A DNA stretch of 64,000 nt, from the NCBI RefSeq assembly GCF_018977255.1, contig NW_024704742.1, positions 31,436,001 to 31,500,000 on the forward strand, in the 5' to 3' direction. The translations under genes and the position numbers were made by a program. The first letter of the stretch is position 1. Every line of letters starts with the position of its first letter. This DNA is from Callorhinchus milii (Eukaryota). Under the pieces are notes generated by a model. That model was not told where the DNA came from. It worked only from the letters and a program-made list of their open reading frames with translations, and made no database searches. Shown piece by piece: positions 26,325 to 39,045 of the stretch.

Positions 26325-26482
26325 TTTTCTCTTCCCTCTCTCTCTCTCCCCCCATCCCACCTCCTCCTCTGCCCCAACTGCCTCTTCCCCTCTCCCCCTC
26401 CAACCTCCTCCCCTTCTACCTCCTCCCCCTCTCCCTCGCCCTCCAATCTCTCCATCCTCCTCAACACACACACACGAAACAC
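26325..26482 (+). repeat. Polypyrimidine (C/T) low-complexity tract plus (CA)n
   Basis: ~135 nt almost entirely C/T. Confidence 0.9.
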
Positions 26483-26525
26483 ACCACATGTTAGTACACA
26501 ATACAAGCTATATGACTATCATAAA

Positions 26526-26860
26526 AATAATAATCCTTGCATTTGGAATGAGACGGGAGGACATTTCAAATAGTTTCACAATTACAGGAGTGGTGTGATT
26601 GTGTGTATTTTGCAGATGAACAGGGCAGCCTATTTGCAAACAGCAATGTCACACAAACAATCATGGAGTGAATGACACATTTTATTTGAGGAATTTTTTG
26701 GCTTGGGATCTTTAACATCCACCCGAACAGGTAGAAGGGACCTCGGGATAATGTCTCATCCAAACACAAACACATTCCACCCCTACCACCTACTGGAATG
26801 TCTTGAATCCTCAGCCTTCTGACCCAGAGGTAAGAGTGCTGCCAACTGAGCCAGGTTGAC
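26526..26860 (-). mobile_element. SINE family B, internally deleted
   Basis: Tail, GGGATCTTTAACATCCACC, head CAGCCTTCTGACCCAGAGG...CTGAGCCAGGTTGAC. Confidence 0.8.
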
Positions 26861-27189
26861 TTCATGTTCAAAACACAGAATATAGACAACATAATTCAGA
26901 TTACAGGTAATCCAAGTCTGACAATCAGAGGGGTCCCATGGATATTGTTACAAACAGGTTAAAAATATGTATCAGTCCTGCTGTTGTCCAAATCCCTGAC
27001 TGTCCAGCGCCTTGGGATGTCCTTCCGATGTAAAAGGTGCTATACAAAACTAATTTGTTGTTGTTGTGCAATCTTGGCAAAGTGTGATGGAGATTCAAAT
27101 AATACAACATCACTGTCCCAACTCAAGATGATTTTCTGAGCTCCTGGACATGCCAATTAAGTAGCTGGTGCTGAGTACGCCTGATATAT

Positions 27190-27610
27190 GGCATTGGACT
27201 TGGACTTCGAGAATATCATGGTGGCTGGCATTTCACAAACTATCCTGTAAATATCCTCCCACCATGTTGAAGGCAAATGTCCATCAGATAAGCTGATGAG
27301 GAAACGCTGATATTTTTGACGACACCTGCTGAAAGGCGTTACTTGGAATCTGGGTTCATGAACACGAACTCATATATCCAGGACTTGGAATCCATCTCAT
27401 TGTATGCAAACAGGAAGCTCACAGAAATATCCTAATACCAGTTATCCAGTTAGTAAGGGCTCAAATATGTACTGTTGGATGTCAAATGACCAACTTGACA
27501 CTACCCTCTTGGGGGTGGGGAAAGTTAGGGGAGATATGTGGAGTCTCCTTGGGGCTAGTTTGGATACTCTGAAGCAAGGTGGTGATGCATTTCCTTGAAT
27601 GTTAGTTAGT
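27190..27610 (+). mobile_element. Possible Penelope-like element remnant (GIY-YIG C-terminus + pLTR)
   Basis: Frameshifted H-Q-I-S-(W)-EETLIFL...RRYLESGFM..N resembles the PLE endonuclease tail; downstream CTGAAGC-AAGG..CCTT-GAAT resembles a decayed hammerhead core. Confidence 0.35.
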
Positions 27611-27714
27611 TGGCTGACCAAATTATTTACCAATTGTGCTGATTGCCATGTAAAATTTACATTTTATTTTGGAATATCATTTTCTTTTTCTTTGCCAAGT
27701 TTCTCACCAATTTC

Positions 27715-27950
27715 TCTCCTGAGGGTATTTGCCTGCTTTTCCAATCTACTGGAGTATAGTTGCACAGGCTTGGACAGTGACCCACGGATATTCATGTGTT
27801 AGCCTTGTCAATATCAGCAGGCTATTCATCTGCAGCAATGCACCATAACTGAACCTGATCATACCTTTGCCCAGCATCTGCACCTGATAGACCCTGGAGC
27901 AAGAACCTAGGTTGATTTTCTCCTCTGTAACATGGGGATGCTGGCTGACA
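27715..27950 (-). mobile_element. Old SINE family C fragment
   Basis: ATATTCATGTGTTAGCCTTG..TATCAGCAGGCTATTC core. Confidence 0.55.
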
Positions 27951-29536
27951 GTGGAAGGTGGAAAGCCGAATATCAGAAAGCAGATTCTCACATTTTCCTA
28001 GTGTTCAGTGAGACACTGAACTTTTGAATCTTATTACTGGAAATATCAGTGTGGACAGAGCTTTGGCACACAACCAGTTGATCACTGGTGTGTTTAGTGT
28101 TGCAAACCTCAGCTAGCCAAGTCATTCACAGTGTCGAGGGGATAATTATCTTTGGGAAATAAGATTGAGGAAGTGCCTTGTTAATTGGAAGACAAGATTT
28201 GCAGTGAAGAGTTTGTCCACCTGGTAAATCTTACAGTATCATCCATACAGAAGAGGCATTGAGGTTAGTATTGATTAAGATTTGCTATATTAAACCCTAA
28301 AGTGGGAAACAACTGTGTCTAATTTGTGGTATTTCTTAATGGAATTTCATCCTGGTATAGTTTCATCAGCCTGAGTGAATTCGCGTGTGCCTACAAATAC
28401 GTAGTCACTACACTTAAAGTGAAGCGCTGAGACGTCCTCCTGATGTGAAAAGGAACATAATAATAATGCTTGCATTTGATATATAGCTCCTTATCACATC
28501 GTCTCAAAACGCTTCACAGAATGTACTGTAAAATGAATTGACTGTATATTTTATGGGTGAAACACTATGCCAAATATAAAGATTGTTATTATGACTGGAA
28601 AGAATCCTCATTTACGAGAATTCCTTATGCAGGGATCCCATCAAGAAATAGCACAAATTAAGACCCTCCGTTACCATTTCCAGTTGAATCTAGCGTCCTT
28701 GTTTCTTAGCTTTCATGCGTCTACATGGCTCTCCAATCATTTATTGCCTTTGCAGTGATCCATGCAGTGTGTTCATTATCAATTCAGCATTAGGAAATTT
28801 GGTAGCGTTGAACTCAGAGGCATTTCCATCCGTCTCTGCTTCCTGTGGCACCTTGACAGAAGATTAATTCAAGTCAGCTGCTGAAAATAATTATTGTATT
28901 ATGGGAGCAGTAATCATTATTTAGAACATGATTAAATATGTCTGCATCTATTGACTCTACCCATGATTTATGTATTTGTTTAGTCAATAGTCTAATGTAA
29001 ATTATGTAATTAATTATAGATGTTGGTGTCAGGTCATTGGTGAAAACAATTTGATGAGAACAAGGACTCTGTTTCATGACAGATGTGAGATCGAGTTTAG
29101 GGAATTCCTGGAGAATTTCTCATGTGTGAATAGAGCTCAGCTCTCAATCTGCATGCACCATCTCTTGTTCAGCATTCGTTTAAAAAATTGAAATAACTTG
29201 TTAAGCAAGGAAGGGGAGCACATCAGCGCAAAAGGACACTTGGGATCTCCAAAGGCACAGGGCTAAAGAGCCAGCTGCTTCTCAACAAAAGAGAGAGTGC
29301 CTCCATCATTTACTGCTTCATAAAATTCACCCGACTTAATGGTTTTTGAAATGAAAAAGATTGGCGAGCGATGTGCAGAGAACCAATCCATAATAGCAGC
29401 TTTTTCAATAAATATTGGGGCTTGTTGTGTTTACGGAATCAGAGAGGGCGTGAATGTTGGCCCTTTCAATCAGATGGAAAGTTAAAATATGCATTGTGGG
29501 ATTTTCACTATCATGCCCGCTCTGTGTGTGTATATC

Positions 29537-29725
29537 ATAATAATAATCCTTGCATTTGATATACAGCATCTTATCACGTCATTGTGACATCTCAAAGCGC
29601 TTTACAGAATATATTGTAAGGTAAATTGACTGTATATTTTGCGGGCGAAACACGGCAGCCAATATCGCACAGCAGCATTCCACAAACAGTCGTGGATTGA
29701 GTAACCAAACTATTAATTATTTATT
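29537..29725 (-). mobile_element. SINE family A, 5'-truncated
   Basis: Tail plus CACAAACAGTCGTGGATTGAG. Confidence 0.88.
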
Positions 29726-29744
29726 TTAGATGTGCTTATTTGTG

Positions 29745-29851
29745 CATATGTGTGTGTGTTCACAGGAGTGTGTGGGTATACATGTATGTGTGTGTATGTG
29801 TAAATGCGTTTGAGTGTGTGTATGTGTGTCAGTGTATATGTGTGTGTGTGT
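29745..29851 (+). repeat. (TG)-rich microsatellite
   Basis: Direct. Confidence 0.9.
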
Positions 29852-30596
29852 CTTTTAAACTGATAATTTGGTCAGCCATGTTCCACTGAGGAAGGCAAAG
29901 GTCAACCCAGCCCTGTCAGAATGTGCTGAAGCCATTTCCATTTTAATGCCACAGCTATAATCTATCAACGATTTGATGTACAAGATACAATGGGTTTAAG
30001 TGGTCTTCATATATCACCAGTCTCTTGCCTTCACCCAGGTAATAGTCTGAATTACTCTCCCTACCTGACAATCTGTCACCCCATATGGGAAAACATTGCC
30101 CCACGTGTGCTATTGGTAGGGCTCTTACAACAGGGTTTATAAATGTGGCCCTGTGCACTTGAAGTAAAGGTGATGGAAGTGCTAGCCTGTGACATCTCCA
30201 TTGCAGTTTGACCTCCTGACTGGGTTAAAAGAGCCCATATCAGAAATAAAGAAATGACCTCGATCAGTCACCACCAGTACGAGGCAGATTGTGAGGCGAT
30301 CGCTTCTGTAAGTGAAGACACCTCAATCCAGGATTAGGCAGTTTTATCAGATAGCATATGCTGTCCTCGGTTGCTCGATTGGATGCTTTTCTTGGTATGG
30401 ACATCATTCGAGATGGTGGGCTTGTAGATATCAATACATTGGAGCTAGCCCACGTTCACTAACATCTATGCATATTATCTCATGCTATGATTCCCAATGT
30501 ATTTACAATAAGTGCAACAAAGAGACATGCAAAGGCAGAGAAAATAGATTCTGGGGCACAAATGCAATTCACACAACTTAGATTTATCACCTAAAT

Positions 30597-30780
30597 ACAA
30601 CAACAACAACAAGATTCCATTTATAAAGCGCCTTTCACGTCAGGAGGACGTCCCAAGGCGCTGCACAGTTGGGTCATGACCCGAGCAGGGGGGAAATGGT
30701 CAGGGTGAGGGGAGGGAAGGGAGGGAGCGAGGAGGGGGAAGAGAGTCGAGAGGGGAGCTGAAGGCTCGGTCAAAGAGAAA
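30597..30780 (-). mobile_element. L2 3' fragment
   Basis: (CAA)n plus AGCGCCTTTCACGTCAGGAGGACGTCCCAAGGCGCTG. Confidence 0.85.
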
Positions 30781-30919
30781 ATACCTCTGAGATGTAAGGT
30801 GAAGTGACCATGTTACTGGGAAAATGCTACAATTGATAATTGGACACAAAGTAGCTTGCACACTTTATTTTTTGATTGTTGATTTTGAACTGAGTTGATT
30901 TTTTTAACTGTACGGAATA

Positions 30920-31170
30920 TCATAAGAATTAATAGGAGCAGAAAAACATTTGGCCCAATATCCTCCCCTTTGTAATGGTTCAGGAAATCCCAGCAACTGT
31001 CTGCTCTCTACATCCTTCAAGCCCTTCACTCTTCACAAACATATCTAGTTCCCTCTTCAATACCTTTCTATTATTTGCTTCATAAGCAGCACAATAACCT
31101 TTATGGAAAAAAAGTTCCCCTTAATTACCCTTTCGAATTTCCTAACTTTAACCCGACTCCTGGTATTTTT
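30920..31170 (-). mobile_element. Degenerate CR1 3' fragment
   Basis: CATAAGAATTAATAGGAGCAG start; ACATATCTAGTTCCCTCTTCAA. Confidence 0.6.
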
Positions 31171-33185
31171 TGCCATCTTCAAATTTAAGGCCTGTTAAAT
31201 TTGTGCAGCACATTTCACTCCTGTCAGGGAGTTGTCAATCTGGGTTACACACACACACAAACACATATCATATATAGTAAAGAATTAAAGAGTCTTTTCA
31301 CGCTTTCCTTCAAAAGAAAAGGTTGCTCAGACTTATTGTTAAATCACTTTCAATGTAATTGAAACCCCCACACACACACAAACACACACCGACATTCTCA
31401 GTTAGAAAGCTGATTTACCATGTGTACGACTGCTTGATGTGGAAGAAACTAATGTGATTCAGAGGTCATTCATTGGGGATCAAATGCCATTGGTTGAGAA
31501 AGCTCTGACTTTGGTGTGGTGCACTATAAGGTCAATGCATTTTCTGACTGGCACAATTTCATTCTTGTGTTCCTGGAGGCAAAACTGTCTGATAGTCAAA
31601 TTTAACAAAATATTCAGTCAATTCAATATGCAGTATATCCTGTGAAGTGCAAGAATTATTATTAGAATTCTGTTTTGCTGATAAAGCATTCTATCAATTG
31701 CACTTATGGAGGTGACATTGAACTATTTTGTTGTAGTGACTAACCTCCTTGAGGAAGAGGTAAGCTGGATTTCCATGGCTCGAAGATGACATGATGGGAA
31801 ACGGAATGTCAGAATCAAGCAAGCCCTCTGTGGCGGACTCGGTGGTGCAGTTCCTGAGACAGGTGGGTCCTCAATATCCCAGGGTACTACTAATGATAGC
31901 ACAGCCAGCCTAGTTCATTGAGCATTGAGCTTCCACCCCCAAACTATTTAGCCCTTCAGACAAAGCTTCTGATATTTTGGGGGATATATTTGGTTCCGAA
32001 TTCAGTGACAACACACGCAATGCAGCTGAGTTACAGTCATGTTTTTGAAATTCCACTGCTTAATTTTGCTGATTCACCATGCCACTGCATTTTGCCCAGG
32101 GGAAATCCCAATTGCTGTTGTATTGAGTGGGAATGAACAAGGATACTTGTGTGCTGGAGTAAGTGTTAGAGCTTTACCACTCCGTCATTCATTACAGCTC
32201 TTGGCTGCGTCGTGACAAAAACATTGTAGGCATGATAAAAACCATGGCATTCTCATGCCACAGTTCCGATTCATTTAAAAAACTGCTCGATGTAGTGCTG
32301 GGAAGACAGTGGGGTGAGCGTTCTGGAAGGATGAGATCAAATGGTCCAAAGGGCTTTCTTCATCCGGACCTGCCTTATGATCTCTTGTGATTATTGTCTC
32401 GATACTGCATCACAATAAACACTTCTAACTGGCTGCATTGAATATTTTCAACCGAAGTACAATTAGGATAATTTTGGAACTGTGATCCTGGCGTGTGGAT
32501 TTTAGTGGAGACAAAATTTCTCAGGTTGGTTAATTAATTCCGCTGGCTCAGCTTTCCACTCTACATTTGTACAGGGGAAATCATAATGCAAGCTCACACA
32601 AGCCTGGCTGGAACATCACCAATCAGCAAACCCTGCCAATCATGCACACCCATGATATTTCACCTATAAAATACACAGTCACAACACTTTACAGTAATTC
32701 CTGTGAAGCGCATTAACAATGTGATGAGCTGCTATTTCAAAATGCAAGCCTATTGTTTATTACTATGATATAAATGTCAAACGTAATATGATTACAAATA
32801 CTTTTAAATGACCAGCACAGAGATTTAAACATTCTGACTAGCTGTAAGTACTTTCAATGCTGGATCATAAGGGACATTGTTTCAAGCTTCCACTTTTTCT
32901 CACTGACAAGTGCTCTGCAAATGCACAGAGCTCCACTTCTCAGTGGTAGTATACTAATGTTCTGTGATCATACGTTTAAGAATTTTAAAGAAAGTTATTA
33001 ACTTTTAGGGGGCTGCTTTATGAGTGGAGCAAAGTTGATTTTCACCTTCCGTAGTTTTGCTGACATGCTGACAATCAACATCTTTCCAAGCTAACGCTAC
33101 TCAGGATGCTGTGGCCAGCCAGGCTCCAATTGCTTTTGAGATCACCCGTCTCACACCAGCTTTGATATTCATTGAGAATCAACTA

Positions 33186-33510
33186 GAACAACAACTTGCA
33201 TTTATATAGCACCCCTTCATATAACATAACGTTTCAGGGCATTTCACTGTGATGAGGATGCACCGAGTAAGGGGGTGGAGGAGAAAGGGGAAGTGACAAT
33301 AGACGATGCAAAAAAAGTAAGCTTGAAGACAGATGGAGGTATAGAAAGAGTGAGTTCCAGAGGTTAGAACATAGAATCGGAAAGCTCAGCCACCAGTGGT
33401 AATAAGGATAGGGAAGGGGACATGCAGCAAGACTGAGTGAGGCGAGTGGAGGGGGCGAGCAAAGGAGTGGAGTGGGAGGAGATCAGAACGATCGGGAGGT
33501 CAATCAGTGT
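33186..33510 (-). mobile_element. L2 3' fragment, old
   Basis: AACAACAACTTGCATTTATATAGCACC tail plus purine-rich body. Confidence 0.7.
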
Positions 33511-34482
33511 GAAAGTTGCTGTAATACTGCCCTTTGGAATGCACTTATGCTGCACATGTTTGCTGGTCAATGTTTAGAACTCAGAGAGACATTACAGTGT
33601 CTTGACCACTATTTCTCCTCGTCCAAATTCATCAAAAAAAGATGAATTTTCCTTTAGTTTACTACTTTTATGGGATATTAGGTGTGGATTAGCTTGGGCA
33701 ATTTTCCTCCAAAATAGCAGTCACTGCACTTCAAAATAACTCATTGTGCAGGACCTCAATGAAAGTTTGGATGTGGTGAGGCACTGGGCTCTAAACAGTC
33801 AGTTCTTCAGAATAGGATGTGCATCAGGCGATCTTTTTGTTCCTCCTTTCTAACAGAAATTCCCATTAATGTGAATGAGGTCTGGATTGAGACACTTCAA
33901 TAAAGAAAGGGAATCTGATTCATTCAGGCACGCACAAGGTCACGAGTTTGCAGTCAGGGTGAAGCTATCATTAATATGATCAATTGTGTCAACAAATTCA
34001 AGAGGGAATTATAGACAGCTATTTGGAGAAGAGTGAAATTGAGGTGTATGAGAGAGTAAAATTGTTCAGTTTTTATTCTTTTAGCTTTGCGAGCAGCCAG
34101 ATGGACTGAGATAGGATTTCCTGGGCCCTGTGTATTCCTATGTTCCTATCAGTGACTTCTCTCACTTTCGATGATTATTTGTTGCAGGAATCCAATGTGC
34201 TGTTTGTTTTAAATACGAATGTGATCACGGTTCATAGCTGCTGAGATTTAACTGCAGCTGATGAAGGCCCCAGAGAGTGAAGCAAAGCATCCTGAAGTAA
34301 TCAACAACGGTGAAGATCAGAAAAACTGAAATCAATCTTCCCCCCCAGGGTGCAAAGGGATAAACATTACTTTTGCCATAAAAGTAATGCTTGCACCCAA
34401 TACAGAATGACAAACAATATCTTGGATCCTTGCCTGAAATTTTCTCTTTCCTTGAACAGTGCTAGTTGAAAGAAATGTGCCT

Positions 34483-34874
34483 AAGTCACTCTCCTCAGTC
34501 AATGTCTCCTCAGTCACTTTCCTCAGTCACTCTCCTCCTCAGTCAGTGTCCTCAGTCACTTTTCTCAGTCACCGTCTCCTCAGTCAGTCTCTCTACAGTC
34601 ACTCTCCTCAGTCATTGTCTCCTCAGTCATTGTCTCCTCAGTCAGTGTCTCCTCAGTCAGTGTCTCCTCAGTCACTCTCCTTGATCACTCTCCTCAGTCA
34701 GTTTCTCCTCAGTTACTCTCCACGGTCACTCTCCTTGGTCACTATCCTCAGTTTCTCCTCAGTCACTCTCCTTGGTCACTCTCCTCAGTCAGTGTCTCCT
34801 CAGTCATTCTCCTTGGTCACTCTTTTCAGTTGGTGTCTCCTCAGTCACTCTCCTCAGTCAGTCTCTCAGTCAGT
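34483..34874 (+). repeat. Tandem minisatellite, core CAGTCA(N)TCTCCT with ~11-15 bp variant units
   Basis: More than 25 variant copies in tandem; explains the S/P/Q/L-rich ORF 34459-34950. Confidence 0.95.
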
Positions 34875-34889
34875 CTTGTGCATTCAGAG

Positions 34890-34963
34890 GCATCACGTGA
34901 GGCTTGAGTCCATAGCCTTCCTACTGAGAGGCGAGCATGCCATTAACTGAACCAGGCTGACAC
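34890..34963 (-). mobile_element. SINE family B head
   Basis: GGCTTGAGTCCATAGCCTTCC...CTGAACCAGGCTGACAC. Confidence 0.65.
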
Positions 34964-36459
34964 CTTGGTCTTTTCTAGTCTTGCACGTTCCTATTGACCT
35001 AATTGCCTACTCTGGTTTTGCACATCCCATATTCCGTAAGTGCACTGTACATGTTTTACAATATGACTTTATGACTGAAAAATGAACTGTGGGAAGCCCA
35101 ACTGGATCAATACAAGTCAGGTATACTAATGCATAGCATTGTATCTAACCTGGAGGGAAAACTCAGGGGTAAGTGCATGAAAGTAACAAAGAGCAAATTG
35201 TCATTAATCACAAGATTTCCAAATATGAATCTCACTTCTTCTGTATATTAATAATAATAATAACCCTTACATGTGATACATCGCCTTTCACAATGGGAGG
35301 ATGTCTCATGGGCTTCACATGACTTACTATAAACTATACTTTGTAAGCAAACGCCAACCTAATATAATAAGAAAATGTGAAATGATTTCATGATTTTTAA
35401 GACGAACCTTTAAGATCACTTATTTTGTTTGCTTTCAGGCTCATTCAACTCAAAAGGAACATAGAAGTATCGAAAGATACCAGTAATAGACTTAAAAATA
35501 AACTTGATTCCTGGAGGCTGACTGCCTGCCAATTGTGTGCAGTCATTTTACCTGTCATTGAGCCTGGAGAAATGTGAGAACCCTGGCATGAAATGTTTAT
35601 ATTTCATAAACAAAATTATCTGCTTAACAGTCAGAGCGATGGGAGGTTCCAGCTAATGCATTTTCCAATGTGTGCCACGGATTATTAATGTGCTCCAGTA
35701 GCTGTTAATTTCACTTTGGAGGAATGATTTATGGGGAGGTAAGGGAGAGAGACATAATCTAATTGAGATCAGAATCGCTGGTTCTAGTGCTGTAGTACTA
35801 GCACAACTGTGCTGAAGGAGAGGGATGAATAACTAATAAAGCAAATAACCTAGACATACAGACACCGCAGAGATTACTATGGCATCTCTGTTATCAGCAG
35901 AGGAAACAATCTGGGGGAATGTTATTCCAATAATATCCGTGGAAATATAGCAACAGTGGCGGAATAAGCAATGATCATATGATAGACATAGGTAGCGGTC
36001 AAAATAAGCTGTGGCTCTGGCTCCATCCCAAAGTGCACTGTGGCCTGGGTGTAAACCTAGATGTAACTTTGTTTTAGTGTAAAGTATCTAACAAGTAATG
36101 AAGTGTGTGTTAATTGAGAACATTCAATTACAGGCAATATTTAAACAGAGGACAATTACCCCCACCCTGCTTTATTCTCATACAGACTCTGTTGGGTTAA
36201 AGGGGACAATTAAGACCGAGGTTATTGTTTTACGCAGAGATCATTTGAAGCAAGAGACGCAGCTGATCTGGAACTAGATTGTCAAATTGAAATGCTTTAA
36301 ACAAAATAGTCAGATTTTCAGTCACCTGTGAATAATGCACAACCCTTTAGAAAAGCCAATAAATACATTGAAGTTGGCGAGCAGAACTGATTGAACAAGT
36401 ATTATGTAACCTTCTGTAAATGCCATAACACTACAATTGGAGGAGCTCAATTAAAAACA

Positions 36460-36980
36460 TGGGAACATAGGAAAAGAAAAACAGGAGGAAGCCATTCAAC
36501 CCATCAAGCCTATTGCACCAGTTCATTGGATACAGGAATAAAAAGGTCTTTTGGCCCATTTGATCGCATCCTTCCAGAACATCAACCCTACTATTTTGCC
36601 ATTACAGTATGAAGCTGATTCTTAAATGTATCCAGATTCGTGGCCTAAACCACCCTTCCTGGTAACAGTTCCAACAGTTAATCACCCTCTATCTAAATAA
36701 ATCCTTTCTTTCCTGAAATTGACCTTCACAACCCTGAACATTTGACCTCTTGTCCTACTGCTGCCTTAGTATGTGTGAAAGTATTGTTTTGTGTTTATTA
36801 CCTCAAACCCACTTATCACCTTACAATATATATCTCGATAAAGATCCCTTCTGAGACATCTCATTTCAGGGATGAAGAGCCATAGATCACCTACTGATTC
36901 TCATATCTCTTCCCTCTAACAATGGAAATCAGCTTCATTGCTCTCCTCTGCACTGTCTCCAGAGCCTGGCCAGCTTCCTT
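36460..36980 (-). mobile_element. Degenerate CR1 3' fragment(s)
   Basis: GAACATAGG..ACAGGAGGAAGCCATT; CTTCCTGGTAACAGTTCCAACAGTTAATCACCCTCT; CTCTCCTCTGCAC. Confidence 0.65.
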
Positions 36981-37125
36981 ATATCACTCAATGGGCATAA
37001 AGTGCTTATGTCGTAATCATTAATCCTTCAACTAATACATCAACTACAGAGTGCTCACTGCGAGCTAAGCTCGACCTTGATACCAATTGATAACTAAAGA
37101 GAAAGATCCTTAAACTAACCAAACT

Positions 37126-37490
37126 ACAACAACAACAAATTGCATTTATACAGCGCCTTTCAATCTGGAGGACGTCCCAAGGTGCTGGACAGTCAAGGGT
37201 TTGCACCCGAGCTGGGGGTTGGAATCAAGAGGGTGGAAGGCAAGGGGGATGGGGGTGGGAGGATGACCGAAAGCACCATCAAAGATGAAGTCTTTAGATG
37301 GGCCTTGAAGGATGCAAGGGAGAGGGTGAGGTGAAGGGACAATGGGATGGAGATCCAGAGAGTAGGGGCAGAAAGGCTGAGGGTCCGACCGCTGATGGTG
37401 GGGTAGGCAGGGCAGGGACAAGGGTCAAGAAGGGTGAGGGATGTGGAGCAGGCTAGTGTCCGCCGAGTGGAGTGAGCGGGAAGGTTGGTA
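37126..37490 (-). mobile_element. L2 3' fragment
   Basis: (CAA)n plus GGAGGACGTCCCAAGGTGCTGGACAGTC, same subfamily as 20648. Confidence 0.85.
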
Positions 37491-37589
37491 ATGTTTTAGC
37501 TACCTCCAGCGAGCTCTTCACTACAATATAGAAAAGAGAGAAATCCCAAACTCTGGACTTTCGCTGTTTGCAATATCACCTGAACCTGT

Positions 37590-37825
37590 TGAAGAGGTGC
37601 CTGTTCAGGTGGACTTTAAGGATTCCATGGTACTATTCAAAAAGAGAAAGGGGTCCTGGTCAAAAACTCCGAGATAAAATCGGTCACTTACTCCATTGCT
37701 GTGTGCAAATTAGCTGCAGCATTCACCCACAAAACACAGACACTCCCTTTACAGTAAATCCCGTGAAGCACTTTGAGAAGTCCTCCCAATGTGAAATACA
37801 CGCTATGAAATGTAAGGATTAACAT
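37590..37825 (+). mobile_element. SINE family B 3' part
   Basis: CCTGTTCAGGTGG..., GTGCAAATTAGCTGC, GTGAAGCACTTTGAG. Confidence 0.7.
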
Positions 37826-38289
37826 TATCATTGAGAGACTACTCATTATGCTTCATGTAATGCATACTTTGGGCAGAACTGAGCCAAAGGATGATTGATT
37901 GTTGTTCTCAGCAAAAGTGACCACACGTACTCTGACAGAGGGACTGAGGACAACTCCTTTTGTGTTTCTTGATAGAAAGGATAACAGCACCTTTTCCCAT
38001 TTCAGAGACAAACTATCTACTTGTGGATCAGGGATTTAAAGTCGACAAGGCTAACTGTACTACTCAGAGCTTGATTCAGTTTATGTGCCATCTGCACTGT
38101 ATTAGAATCCAAGAGAATTCACTTGGATCCATGTAATGAGCTCTCGACCACCTGTGTGTAGTCTCCTGGACTTGTTACTGGCTCAATTGGGCAACCCTAG
38201 GCAGATGATAATCAAAGTTGCAACTTAAAGCCCACACTCTCAATGCCTGAGTAAGTTTAAATAACTTTAAATAAATAAGTTTCTGAGTA

Positions 38290-38548
38290 AATAGGTTTTC
38301 TTACTCCACACACCTTTGTTTACCTAGGCAGGATTAGAGACCTGGTTCATTTTCCAGAGTTAATAATCCCTCAAAAAAAAGGTCACTCAATCCACAATTG
38401 TTTGTGGGACACTGCTGTGTGCAATTGGCTGCCACATTTTGCCCAAAAATACACAGGAAATCTACTTTATAGTGTTTTCTGTGAAGTGCTTTGAAACATC
38501 TAAACAACGTGATAAGGCACTGTATCAAATGCAAGGAATATTATTATA
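38290..38548 (+). mobile_element. SINE family A, long-form remnant
   Basis: TTACTCCACACACCTTTGTTTACCTAG...TAATAATCCCTC...tail. Confidence 0.8.
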
Positions 38549-38719
38549 AATGCCTGATTTATTATCAGCTACAGTGACACTGATCATTAATAAAATAGCT
38601 GCCACCCTTGGACTGAGAACATGAAGGTAATAGGTATAATATTGTGCTTCATGTTGGACATCCACATTTGAAGCAAATCTGAGATGCAAAACGCAGTAAT
38701 TCTTTCACGCTTTTTATAC

Positions 38720-39045
38720 TGTGTTTGGTACCACAGGAGATTGGAAGTGATCTAGTCGAGGTGATCAAAATAACAGATGACATTGACAAAATATATAGGG
38801 AAGGGCTCTTCGCTCTGAAATCTGTGAAATCCGTAAAACAGGAGGATATGGGGAAAGAGTTCCAGAGGATTGGGGCAAAGTAACTGAAGACCTGCCCGCT
38901 GATTGTGCAGCGTAGCAGGCAAGGGGCATGAAGCAGAAAATGGTGGGATGGAGGAAGTAGCCACAAGAGAAGGGATACAAGAGATCACACTAATAAGGTG
39001 GTGCAAGGTCTTGGAGACATTTGAAGCTGAGGTTAAGGATCTTAT
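38720..39045 (-). mobile_element. L2 fragment, old
   Basis: GQVFSYFAPILWNSFP. Confidence 0.65.

Noticed and set aside
26059..26573. Overlapping Gly/Glu- or Pro/Ser-rich ORFs
   Set aside because: Stop-free frames caused by the polypyrimidine tract.
31770..31870. RTE-like 3' fragment (TCGAAGATGAC...ACAGGTGGG)
   Set aside because: Only two short motifs; insufficient support.
35420..35490. Possible exon after TTTGTTTGCTTTCAG (similar acceptors at ~34187, ~48400, ~61643)
   Set aside because: No convincing donor site or recognisable peptide; a small exon cannot be excluded without RNA data.
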